Assembly: GCA_965223865.1 (NCBI GenBank)
Contig: OZ245020.1
Location: 800,001 to 864,000 of the forward strand
Source: Nitrosarchaeum sp.
GTDB lineage: Archaea; Thermoproteota; Nitrososphaeria; Nitrososphaerales; Nitrosopumilaceae
DNA: 64,000 bases
Direction of reading: 5' to 3'
Shown here piece by piece: positions 52,307 to 60,748 of the stretch. Each line of letters begins with the position of its first letter. Position 1 is the stretch's first letter. The position numbers and the translations under genes are program-made. The notes under the pieces were generated by a model that was given only the letters and a program-made list of their open reading frames with translations, was not told the DNA's origin and searched no databases.

Positions 52307-52735
52307 ATGACCAAAGTGTTAGTCCCTACACTGTTGCTTTCTTTTCTGGCAGTGGTGATGGTGTTTGGTTCTGTCGCTCCTGCAATGGCTGATTCAGAAG
52401 GAGACAAATCCTACAAAAGAAATTGGGTTGTGCCAATTGGTGAAGCAGTTGGAACAATAGAGATTTCTGAAGATACTAACATTGATGATGTAAGAGATCT
52501 TGCAATTTCTGAAGAGCAAGCAAGACAAGGATACGATGGTATTGACAAGGCCAAACTCAAAAAAGCCGTAAATGACGCTGGTCAGTATTTTCTGGTATGG
52601 AAACTAATTGACTATACAGAATCTGATACAAAGATAAAGTATATCCTTGATGCAGGAACCGGAGAACAACTAACTGAACCAATTGTCAAAGAAAAGGGTT
52701 CATGCGGTAAACACAAAACTGGTGAGAACGCATAA
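52307..52735 (+). CDS. Secreted hypothetical protein (PepSY-like)
   Basis: Signal peptide; ISEEQA...YILDAGTGE. Confidence 0.6.
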   Translation: MTKVLVPTLLLSFLAVVMVFGSVAPAMADSEGDKSYKRNWVVPIGEAVGTIEISEDTNIDDVRDLAISEEQARQGYDGIDKAKLKKAVNDAGQYFLVWKLIDYTESDTKIKYILDAGTGEQLTEPIVKEKGSCGKHKTGENA

Positions 52736-52756
52736 CCAACTTTTTTCTGATTTAAG

Positions 52757-53126
52757 ATGAATAAAATAGATATTTTGTTTTATGCTGCTGCAACTACTGT
52801 AATTGCAGGAATCATCCATGTAGTTTTAGGATATGATTCAGGCAGGATAAACACAGATCCTATTTCTTGTTGGAGGGGTCGCACAGATATTTTGGGCAAT
52901 TCCGATGGCAAGAAAATGGGGACCCGTATGGTATTCGGTAGGATTAGGAGGAACAATTATCTTTATTCTAATTTGGGTAATTACTAGAATTCCTGATAAC
53001 TTCATTACCGGCAGAGGAGGAAGAATAAGTGATAATGGCATACTGACAGAAGTATTTCAGATAGCATTTGTTGGTATTGTTATTGCAATTTTAGTTCTAG
53101 AGAAGAAAAGATTATCTCAAAATTAA
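52757..53126 (+). pseudogene. Frameshifted four-TM membrane protein
   Basis: IAGIIH N-terminus continues in another frame near 52853 as ILFLVGGVAQIFWAIPMARKWG. Confidence 0.75.
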
Positions 53127-53255
53127 CTTTTTTTTAAAATTTCTTAATTCCTTTTTACTTCCACGTGGGTCTTTTATTAAATCAACTAACTATATCCTCA
53201 TACATGTAGTACTCCCAGTCAAATTTTGAACCATATGATAAATGATTACCGTTAC

Positions 53256-53294
53256 GTACTGTTACCAGGATTAGAACGCAACCGTTCAGGTCTC
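53256..53294. mobile_element. att-like site: tRNA 3'-end remnant overlapping an 11-6-11 repeat
   Basis: AGGATTAGAAC-GCAACC-GTTCAGGTCTC; same spacer as the 43741 site. Confidence 0.55.
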
Positions 53295-53363
53295 TCAAAA
53301 TAGATCTGCATGGTTATCACACAATCACAAAAAGGTTTTAGGTAAAATCTGTAGTAGATACTC

Positions 53364-53448
53364 GTTGGCGTTGTCAAGTTAGGAATGACGAAGGTCTGAA
53401 AAACCTTTCTGGTACCATGGATCGTGGGTTCAAGTCCCACCGCCAACG
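53364..53448 (+). tRNA. Atypical long-variable-arm tRNA, anticodon GAA, G73
   Basis: GTTGGCG/CGCCAAC, GTCA/TGAC, AAGGT-CTGAAAA-ACCTT, 16-nt V region, GTGGG-TTCAAGT-CCCAC. Confidence 0.85.
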
Positions 53449-53486
53449 GGTTTCTAAATTCTATAGGAAGATATTATTATTAAAAC

Positions 53487-53702
53487 TTAGTTCCTCTTTG
53501 CAACCAATAACATTCTACATCTTCCCAAAGTTCCTCTAGGTTTTGTTCTCAATACATAGTTACAGCATGGACAATACTTGCCATCCCATTTCATAAAAAT
53601 TTGGCAGTTGGTGCATCTCTTCTGTCCCAATTCATACCTGCTAGCCATTCCAATTCTGGTAGCTTTGTATCTTGTACATATTCCCTTACAGACATACCTC
53701 AA
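53487..53702 (-). CDS. Thaumarchaeal Cys-rich small Zn-binding protein, paralog 1
   Basis: CKGIC...RY..GQKRCTNC...WDG.YCPCC..LRTKPR. Confidence 0.85.
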   Translation of the reverse strand: MRYVCKGICTRYKATRIGMASRYELGQKRCTNCQIFMKWDGKYCPCCNYVLRTKPRGTLGRCRMLLVAKRN

Positions 53703-53840
53703 GAATCTTATTTTGATATTATTTATGAATCAAGATGCTTTTTTGTGCAATTAATTTCAGAATTGCAAAATGTGTTGACCTTGATCGAATACGAAATTAA
53801 CCAATTCTTTCAAATTATGTTTTAATGGAATCACAATTCC

Positions 53841-53960
53841 ATGAGTGAGTTGCTAAGATTTAGAGGACTATGCAAACAATGCTATTCATCAGGTGTTGAA
53901 CTGATATTAAATGAGGAGACGTTTGAGGCAGTTTGTGAAAAATGCAAGAAGAGTAATTAA
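53841..53960 (+). CDS. Zn-ribbon microprotein (39 aa)
   Basis: MSELLRFRGLCKQCYSSGVELILNEETFEAVCEKCKKSN; paralog at 63874. Confidence 0.7.
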   Translation: MSELLRFRGLCKQCYSSGVELILNEETFEAVCEKCKKSN

Positions 53961-53969
53961 TTTTAAAAT

Positions 53970-54018
53970 CCATCCATTGCCAAACAAGCGTGCACTTTCT
54001 TGCCGTATAGATGGATGG
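53970..54018 (-). ncRNA. Candidate hairpin small RNA
   Basis: CCATCCAT/ATGGATGG closing stem plus GGCAAG/CUUGUU with G-U pairs on the minus strand. Confidence 0.4.
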
Positions 54019-54064
54019 TATAATTTAGTATATGATCGATATATTCCTAGATCTCACCTATAGT

Positions 54065-54181
54065 TTATTCCAATGGAAAATCAACCTTACAGTTTGGGCA
54101 TTTGCTTCTCTTGCCCTTGTAATGTTCATCATAGTATGCCACAATTGTAAACGAGCAGTGTATACAGACAAGTTCAGACAT
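54065..54181 (-). CDS. Zn-ribbon microprotein (38 aa)
   Basis: MSELVCIHCSFTIVAYYDEHYKGKRSKCPNCKVDFPLE. Confidence 0.7.
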   Translation of the reverse strand: MSELVCIHCSFTIVAYYDEHYKGKRSKCPNCKVDFPLE

Positions 54182-54190
54182 TATGTTTGA

Positions 54191-54352
54191 TTATTCTTTT
54201 TGAATCATTAATCTTTTGCCTGAAACCTTTGCATGTAATGAGTCACCTTTTTTCCATTTTAGTTGTGCAACAACATCAGGTGAGACAGGGATGTACCACT
54301 TGTAATATTCCTCGTCTCCAACTTTCCGGTTTAGTTTTCTCTGTAGTTTCAA
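54191..54352 (-). CDS. AbrB/SpoVT-like DNA-binding protein (53 aa)
   Basis: MKLQRKLNRKVGDEEYYKWYIPVSPDVVAQLKWKKGDSLHAKVSGKRLMIQKE. Confidence 0.75.
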   Translation of the reverse strand: MKLQRKLNRKVGDEEYYKWYIPVSPDVVAQLKWKKGDSLHAKVSGKRLMIQKE

Positions 54353-54486
54353 TACTATAAAATAATGATTTCTTACACTATTTAGAGTTTAGGGCCCTAA
54401 ATATTAATATACCAGATAATTGTACTATTAGGTATGTTGAGCATGATTTTGAAGAAGGCCTTTTATGTAAACGGAGGCAATATTAC

Positions 54487-55254
54487 ATGAGTAACACATT
54501 GACTAGTCCATATACTCAGAGATTCGAAGATTTGCTAAAACCATTACAATCTAAATTATCAGAACTAGAACAAAACCTAGATTCTATTAGTGATGATCAT
54601 CCATACAAGCAGCAAGCTAGACTAGATGTTTTAGAAGAAATTAACAAAATTAAACAAGATATCGAAAACACTAAAAAGAATTTGGAATCTTCTAAAAAGA
54701 TGGAAATAATTCGTTCTGACAAATTACCTTCTAACATTCCAGATCATAATGTTTGGAATGATTGTTGGTATGATGAGGAAAGAAAGTTGTATGTCACATT
54801 TAACGAATATTTTATGGAAGGAGAAGATGCGTGGATACGCCCTCATCAGAAACAATACACAGAAGAGACAGGGATTAAAGCAGCCATTATTTTACCTGAA
54901 CAGATAGAATTTAGATTTGGATATCCTGCTATGTTACAGAAGGATATACAAGGACGAAATGTTTCGTATCTTCTTCCTACACTATCGGATTCAATGTTAA
55001 CGACACAAATGTTGGAATCTAGATTCAAACCAAAAACACAAGATGAAGCTATTCTATACTCTGTTGAATCAGAAGAATGGATTGAAGTTTTGGGAACCAA
55101 ATTATCAGAAAGAGAATATTTGTTGGCCTGTGAAGTATTACCTCATTTGGTAAAGACACCAATTGAGGTTGCTAAATTTATTCATGACAGACCGTATGAT
55201 CCAGTGTTGTACAAACAACAAATGGAGCAAATGAATCAAACAGTACAAAATTGA
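54487..55254 (+). CDS. Orphan protein with N-terminal coiled coil
   Basis: Intact 255-aa ORF, GGAGG RBS, no family recognised. Confidence 0.75.
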   Translation: MSNTLTSPYTQRFEDLLKPLQSKLSELEQNLDSISDDHPYKQQARLDVLEEINKIKQDIENTKKNLESSKKMEIIRSDKLPSNIPDHNVWNDCWYDEERKLYVTFNEYFMEGEDAWIRPHQKQYTEETGIKAAIILPEQIEFRFGYPAMLQKDIQGRNVSYLLPTLSDSMLTTQMLESRFKPKTQDEAILYSVESEEWIEVLGTKLSEREYLLACEVLPHLVKTPIEVAKFIHDRPYDPVLYKQQMEQMNQTVQN

Positions 55255-55315
55255 ACATACCTAAACTAAGACAACAGTAATCTTTTTACATCTTAGAATC
55301 ATATATCCCGTAAGG

Positions 55316-55406
55316 CGGTAGAGGTGGGATTTGAACCCACGAATGTCTACGGGAAACATTACCGGTTATCAGCCAGTCGCTTTTGACCAAGCTGAGCCAC
55401 TCTACC
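55316..55406 (-). tRNA. Atypical long-variable-arm tRNA, anticodon GAT, G73
   Basis: GGTAGAG/CTCTACC, GCT/AGC, ACTGG-CTGATAA-CCGGT, 20-nt V region with 7-bp stem, GTGGG-TTCAAAT-CCCAC; TTAAATA about 25 nt upstream. Confidence 0.87.
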
Positions 55407-55444
55407 AATATTTCATTACAAAAATTCTATTTAATCACGTGGTT

Positions 55445-56134
55445 CTAGGCAAATCCTCTAGAAGGAGAATCTGTTCTGAACCTATTTTCATTCATTCTTG
55501 CTGCATCTACAATCTTTCCTGCAGAAGCAGGATGATTATGTAATTGTTCTAAGAATTTCTGATCTGCCTTTTCTTGAACGGAAGGCATCATTTTATCAAA
55601 TCCTAAAATGTTCTTGTGTTGTACATCCAAGTATTCTTGTTGTGATTGTGGCGTATCCATTATGTGTAATCCTCTGTCAATTGAGGATGCGTTGTTTAGA
55701 GAATCTCCTGGATTCATCATCATGAACAGCTTGAATAATCTCCATATTACTGAGATTCTCCCTTACAATCTGACTTTTTGGTAACCTATCCCCTGAAATG
55801 TATTCCAGTTTAATTTGATCCAAAACATCACTTAGTGGTTGGTGTGACTCCAGATGAACCTGCATCACTGGCATGTCTACTGTCTGACCTTCAACAGTTA
55901 TGGGAACCATCTTCGTGATATTGTAATTTTAATTCTGTCTTCAATTACTCTTAGAATATCAAAGAACTGGCCCATCTTTTGTGCCTGATTTTCTTCTGAT
56001 AAATTGACAAAGTTGGTTGGGATTATGCTATAACTGTACTTGAATTGTAGTTTTGATTCTACTGGTTTGTTGTTTTGATTATTCTGTTGTTTGTTATTCT
56101 TTTTACCTTTAGAAAGGATTGAAATCGATTTCAC
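55445..56134 (-). pseudogene. Fragmented gene(s), N-terminus resembling a VirB4-like conjugation ATPase
   Basis: Three overlapping short ORFs; YSIIPTNFVNLSEENQ..K...F...IKITISR pattern; no P-loop left. Confidence 0.4.
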
Positions 56135-56295
56135 AAATTATGATATAGGATTTAATAAAAGGAGGAAAACTGAGGAATAATCATTTTTAGATTTTGTACA
56201 AATCACTTGAACAAATCAATAGAAAAGAGAGAAAAACTCTATCTTTTCTACTGACAATGAAGACTATAGGTTGAGTAATATAGGAAGTTCTTACT

Positions 56296-56400
56296 CAAAA
56301 ACTTTTATGCTTTCTATGAGCCAAACCATTAATGAAATTAACGACAAAAACTTTTATGCTTTCTATGAGCCAAACCATTAATGAAATTAACGACAAAAAC
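56296..56400 (+). repeat. Exact 49-bp tandem duplication of promoter and start codon
   Basis: 56296-56344 equals 56345-56393, bounded by CAAAAAC. Confidence 0.92.
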
Positions 56401-57253
56401 AATGACATTCTTTTCAATACTGACAGTAACCATTGCAAGCCTAATGCTAATGACAGTTCCTACATCTGCTTATGCAGAAACCATGGTAAGTGTTCCAGCT
56501 GGTACTTCTGTCCCTGGATGTGAGGAGACAAACGAATGCTACATTCCATATGAGGTAACGGTAGGTGTTGGCGAGACAGTAATTTGGTCAAATGACGACA
56601 CTGCGGCCCACACCGTAACCAGCGGAACTGCTGCTGATGGTCCTGATGGAATCTTTGATTCTAGTCTGTTCATGGCAGGAACCACATTCTCCCACACGTT
56701 TGAGGAAGAAGGTACCTTTGACTACTTTTGCATGGTACATCCGTGGATGATTGGCAGTGTAACGGTTGGAGCAGGCATGGGTAATGGCGGTAACGGTGAT
56801 GATGGTGATACCAATGGTTCTGGTGGTGACACTGAAGAACTAATGGTAGAGATTGTAACGGGTGAGGCAGCTCAAGACCAAATGCTGTCAATTGATGTAA
56901 CCTTTACCACACTTGACGGAATGAGCGTGGAGCATGTCAACTATGACATCATGGCAACCCAAGGAACAGAAACCGTTCTTGATGACAAGGGAGTACATGA
57001 TCATGACGGAGTCATGAATCATATGACTGCACCACTGCCTGCAGGAGCATCTGATGAAATGCCAGTAGACATTACTGTGACATTTAACGGATTTGGTGTT
57101 GAAGAGCCATTTACTGGTCCAACAGGACAAGTGGCAACAAAACAAGTAGTTCCAGAATTTGGAACAATAGCTGTTATGATTTTGGCAGTTGCAATAATAT
57201 CAATAATTGCGATATCTGCAAAGTCAAGACTCAGTATAATGCCAAGACTGTAA
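56381..57253 (+). CDS. Blue copper (cupredoxin) protein with PEFG-CTERM sorting signal
   Basis: HTVTSG, YFCMVHPWM, VPEFG + TM + basic tail. Confidence 0.93.
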   Translation: MKLTTKTMTFFSILTVTIASLMLMTVPTSAYAETMVSVPAGTSVPGCEETNECYIPYEVTVGVGETVIWSNDDTAAHTVTSGTAADGPDGIFDSSLFMAGTTFSHTFEEEGTFDYFCMVHPWMIGSVTVGAGMGNGGNGDDGDTNGSGGDTEELMVEIVTGEAAQDQMLSIDVTFTTLDGMSVEHVNYDIMATQGTETVLDDKGVHDHDGVMNHMTAPLPAGASDEMPVDITVTFNGFGVEEPFTGPTGQVATKQVVPEFGTIAVMILAVAIISIIAISAKSRLSIMPRL

Positions 57254-57364
57254 AAATCAACAAAACCACTTTTTTCTTTTTGTTTTGATAATATGTATTA
57301 CTTGGCAAGTAACAGTTTGATTTCTTGCTACATAAGATAATAAAAAAAGGAAAAAAGAGATCTG

Positions 57365-57634
57365 TTATTTGTTCTTGGCATTTGCTACTGCCCTTGCAAC
57401 TATGATAGTCAGAATTACGGCTATTATGGTAACTATGATTGTATAAAGCAACATTGGACCAATAGTTGACTCTTCGCCAAATACCTCCTTGAAGATTGTC
57501 TTGATTGCATCATTCCAGCCTAGTCTTCTGATGATGCTATCAGGAATGTTGACTCTGTGCTGCACATATTTGGTTTTCTTGTCTGTTCCAAGGTATGTCC
57601 TGTGTTGGAGCTTGACTGTCTTGTTATTCATCAA
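57365..57634 (-). CDS. Apparent chimera of AbrB-like N-terminus and DUF5654-like membrane C-terminus
   Basis: VNIPDSIIRRLGW joined to NDAIKTIFKEVFG...LYTIIVTIIAV. Confidence 0.55.
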   Translation of the reverse strand: MMNNKTVKLQHRTYLGTDKKTKYVQHRVNIPDSIIRRLGWNDAIKTIFKEVFGEESTIGPMLLYTIIVTIIAVILTIIVARAVANAKNK

Positions 57635-57673
57635 AATGGTATTGCAAATTTTTTAAAAAAGTAACAAATCAAA

Positions 57674-58150
57674 TTAGAATGCATTGCTGTGATCCCATGT
57701 TGCAAAGTATTTTGGCTCTAGCTCCAACAGTACAGAAGAGCCATTCTTGACACCATCTAGCAGAAATTTTGCCACCTTGTTTTCTAGATCACCTGTATAC
57801 TTTACCATTATCTTTTCTGCAATTGGGAGCATCTTTGATACATCATCCTCAATTATTGTTGCCAAAGCCTTGCCTCTGACTCCCTTGTATGGGACTTTCT
57901 CATCGTCAATGCAAAAGTATACTGTCTTTTTGTTGCTGTTGCGAATATTTTGAGCCTTTTTTGTGGTTTTTCCAGTCTCGACATACAGTCTTCCGTTCTC
58001 ATAAAGGAACCATACTGGATGGATATTTGGTTCACCATCTTTGTCAATGGTTCCCAAAAGCAAATTCAGCTTAGAGTCTGTCAGAAACTCATTTACCTGG
58101 GATTCTGATAATGCAGAGCCAAATCCTGGACTGGCATGTGTAATCTTCAT
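57674..58150 (-). CDS. Pyridoxamine 5'-phosphate oxidase-like flavin/F420-binding protein
   Basis: LGTIDKDGEP...PVWF, KKAQNI, PYKGVRG, TWDHS; ATG 58150 preferred. Confidence 0.88.
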   Translation of the reverse strand: MKITHASPGFGSALSESQVNEFLTDSKLNLLLGTIDKDGEPNIHPVWFLYENGRLYVETGKTTKKAQNIRNSNKKTVYFCIDDEKVPYKGVRGKALATIIEDDVSKMLPIAEKIMVKYTGDLENKVAKFLLDGVKNGSSVLLELEPKYFATWDHSNAF

Positions 58151-58292
58151 AGTCTTGGTTTGTCTTTGAATTTTTCTGATATAAAATATTGCTTGAGATG
58201 ATTGATGATTATCTGATATGTTCTTTGACAAAAAGTAATTGTTCTGCAAACAAGAACCAATCTAAACAACACACAACTGAAAAAATTACAAA

Positions 58293-60266
58293 TCAATTAT
58301 CTTGTTGGTATTTTCTAATAATCCAAAATATGACAAGTACCATCAGCAAAAATACTAAAACTATGACTATCCATGATTCTAGCACTCCATCAAATATCAA
58401 ATGTTCTGCATCAGGCGGTTGTGGATTTAGTTGTGTTTCATCAATTTCTGGCAAAATTGTAGATGCTTTTCCATTCCAAATGTTGATTGCGACAATATTT
58501 AGCTCGTCTAATTGATGTTCTTGTGGTACTGAGATTACACAAGTGTTTGGTGATTTTATTTTAAAGCATTTTGGTAAATTGTCTTCAGTAATTGTAACAT
58601 CATTTATCTTCAATGATTTTATTTTTCCAAAATTATCATCGTATTGATACAGCAAAACCCTAGGATTTGCAGGATCTCTTTTGATGTCTAGTATATTATC
58701 ATCATTCATGTTTATCTCATATGAATAATCTATAGAGAAATCATACCACGTCTGATCAAATGTGTTTGTGATTTCATCGATTCCATTATTTGCCGTAATT
58801 GATATGGTAAATGGCGATAGTGCATCCAAACCAGTTGTCAATGGGATTGGCAGTATTGCGTCTTGAGTGTCCAACAGATACTTGTTTGAAACATCAGTCA
58901 CATCATCATTTGAAAACGTTTGATCTGCTATCATGTCATATTGTGTAAATGATGACAGGATTCGTCTAGTTTTGTCTATGGATGTAGAACCAAAACCAGA
59001 TTTTTCAATCTCATCCAAAGTGTAAATGTCATGTCCATTGACTATAGCAATTGGATTTTTGTCAATGTCTAGACCGGTAATTATCTGGGAGAATCCATCA
59101 TCTTGCGTGTCAAACAAAATTTTATCATGCATGTATCCGTCAATGTATTGTGTGCCTGAAATGTCTAGTCTTGGGATGATTTCTAGGATAATTTCAATAG
59201 AACTGTCTTGATTTCCTTCTGAATCAACTGCTTTTACACCCAGAGAATTATGGAAAAAACTTTCAGGATACATGTATTCCGTATTTGTAAGATGAGTAAC
59301 TTTATGTCCTGCAAAATATGATGACTGCAACGTGTCAAACACAGTAGCATTTTCAAACCTAGGAATGTTCAGTACAGGATCCACCAAAACATCATACAAA
59401 CCTGGATATTCAAACTTGATTTTGCCATATCCTGCCTTTACAAAGTTTGCAGTCTCGTGTTGTTCTACCTCAAATGGAATTATTTCTGGAAATTCAGTCA
59501 GAATCAATTGATCTGCAATGTCTTCAGATTTTTGTACAGGTGATTCGTTTGTTATTATTCCAACATCATGTGCCTCATCCCAAACTAATTGAATATCATT
59601 AGAATAATCTGTATCAGATACAGTGCCGTCTAGCAGATCATACTCCCAAGGGTCTGCATCCCAAGTAGAGTAAAAATAATTATTTATTTTGGAACGTCTA
59701 TCTTCATGAATACCTATCTCATCATCTGGATTTTCATCCGTACTCTCAGAACCAAAATAATGCAGTGCAACACCTATCCTGTCATGAATAGCTAACTTTT
59801 CATCATCAGACAGCACGGGATATACATATGTGTCATAGATTGGCTCGTATTCCACAACTAGAACATTTGTTGAGTTGATGTTCTGATCTATTTGAGGTAC
59901 AATGTTGTAAAGTGTTGTGGTATATTCTATCTCATGCTCTCCAATGTCATCTAGTGATGTTGCATTGTACACTGTGTTACCACTACCATAATCAAATGTG
60001 TAAGTCCATGGTAAGAATCCCGATACTTTCATTGTGTTTATGCAACTTGCAGATTCACAAAAGAATTCATCCTCTAAAACCAACGGATCATAACTTTTCT
60101 CAATCTCTACAAATAAGGTGCCGACTCTGTCGTTTTTCCACTTGTATGATGGATTGTGGACCACATTAATTGCATCCCAGACATAATAATATTCATCAAG
60201 GTTTCTTGATATGTAACCAGCTTCTTCTGTAAACTCATATCCTACAGTTTCCATTGTGACTACCAC
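58293..60266 (-). CDS. Large acidic C-terminally anchored surface protein, probably 5'-truncated
   Basis: C-terminal TM and basic tail; no signal peptide at ORF start. Confidence 0.65.
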   Translation of the reverse strand: MVVTMETVGYEFTEEAGYISRNLDEYYYVWDAINVVHNPSYKWKNDRVGTLFVEIEKSYDPLVLEDEFFCESASCINTMKVSGFLPWTYTFDYGSGNTVYNATSLDDIGEHEIEYTTTLYNIVPQIDQNINSTNVLVVEYEPIYDTYVYPVLSDDEKLAIHDRIGVALHYFGSESTDENPDDEIGIHEDRRSKINNYFYSTWDADPWEYDLLDGTVSDTDYSNDIQLVWDEAHDVGIITNESPVQKSEDIADQLILTEFPEIIPFEVEQHETANFVKAGYGKIKFEYPGLYDVLVDPVLNIPRFENATVFDTLQSSYFAGHKVTHLTNTEYMYPESFFHNSLGVKAVDSEGNQDSSIEIILEIIPRLDISGTQYIDGYMHDKILFDTQDDGFSQIITGLDIDKNPIAIVNGHDIYTLDEIEKSGFGSTSIDKTRRILSSFTQYDMIADQTFSNDDVTDVSNKYLLDTQDAILPIPLTTGLDALSPFTISITANNGIDEITNTFDQTWYDFSIDYSYEINMNDDNILDIKRDPANPRVLLYQYDDNFGKIKSLKINDVTITEDNLPKCFKIKSPNTCVISVPQEHQLDELNIVAINIWNGKASTILPEIDETQLNPQPPDAEHLIFDGVLESWIVIVLVFLLMVLVIFWIIRKYQQDN

Positions 60267-60344
60267 GTTGTCTGTCTAATGCATAGCCAAACTTTGTTAG
60301 AACTTTGAGAACCTCCCGCCAGCTGTGGTTTCTAAGGCTCATGA

Positions 60345-60563
60345 TTATGATGATGTAGGAATTGTTACCGTGATCTTTTCTTCAGGAGGACAGTCCTTCT
60401 CAATTGATTCCAGTACTAATTGTATTACCTTTTTCATGTTTGTCATCAATTCATCCATTGTTTCACCCTGGCTTATTGCTGCTGGAAGCTCAAGACATCT
60501 GCCAGAGCATCCACCTGTAGGGTCTTTGGTGGCCCTTACTGTAAATCTTCGTTCTTCTCCCAT
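60345..60563 (-). CDS. hicB: HicB-family antitoxin (no HicA seen)
   Basis: C.ELPAAISQGETMDEL..NMK..I.L. Confidence 0.8.
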   Translation of the reverse strand: MGEERRFTVRATKDPTGGCSGRCLELPAAISQGETMDELMTNMKKVIQLVLESIEKDCPPEEKITVTIPTSS

Positions 60564-60748
60564 GAGATGATTTTATTTTTTTGATATTTAAAATTAGGTA
60601 GGACTACTAGACATTAACATTTATCAAACAAGTCTTCGAGTTCTGTCATATTTTGCATGCAACATCTCAAAAGTTTTAACGTTAATCTTTAGAATTCCTC
60701 TAAATGCCCAGTACACCAGGTTTCTCTCTTCTAGTTGCTTTATTGATT

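Noticed and set aside
53252-53446. Track ORFs 53252-53446 and 55331-55543
   Set aside because: They are antisense translations of the tRNA genes.
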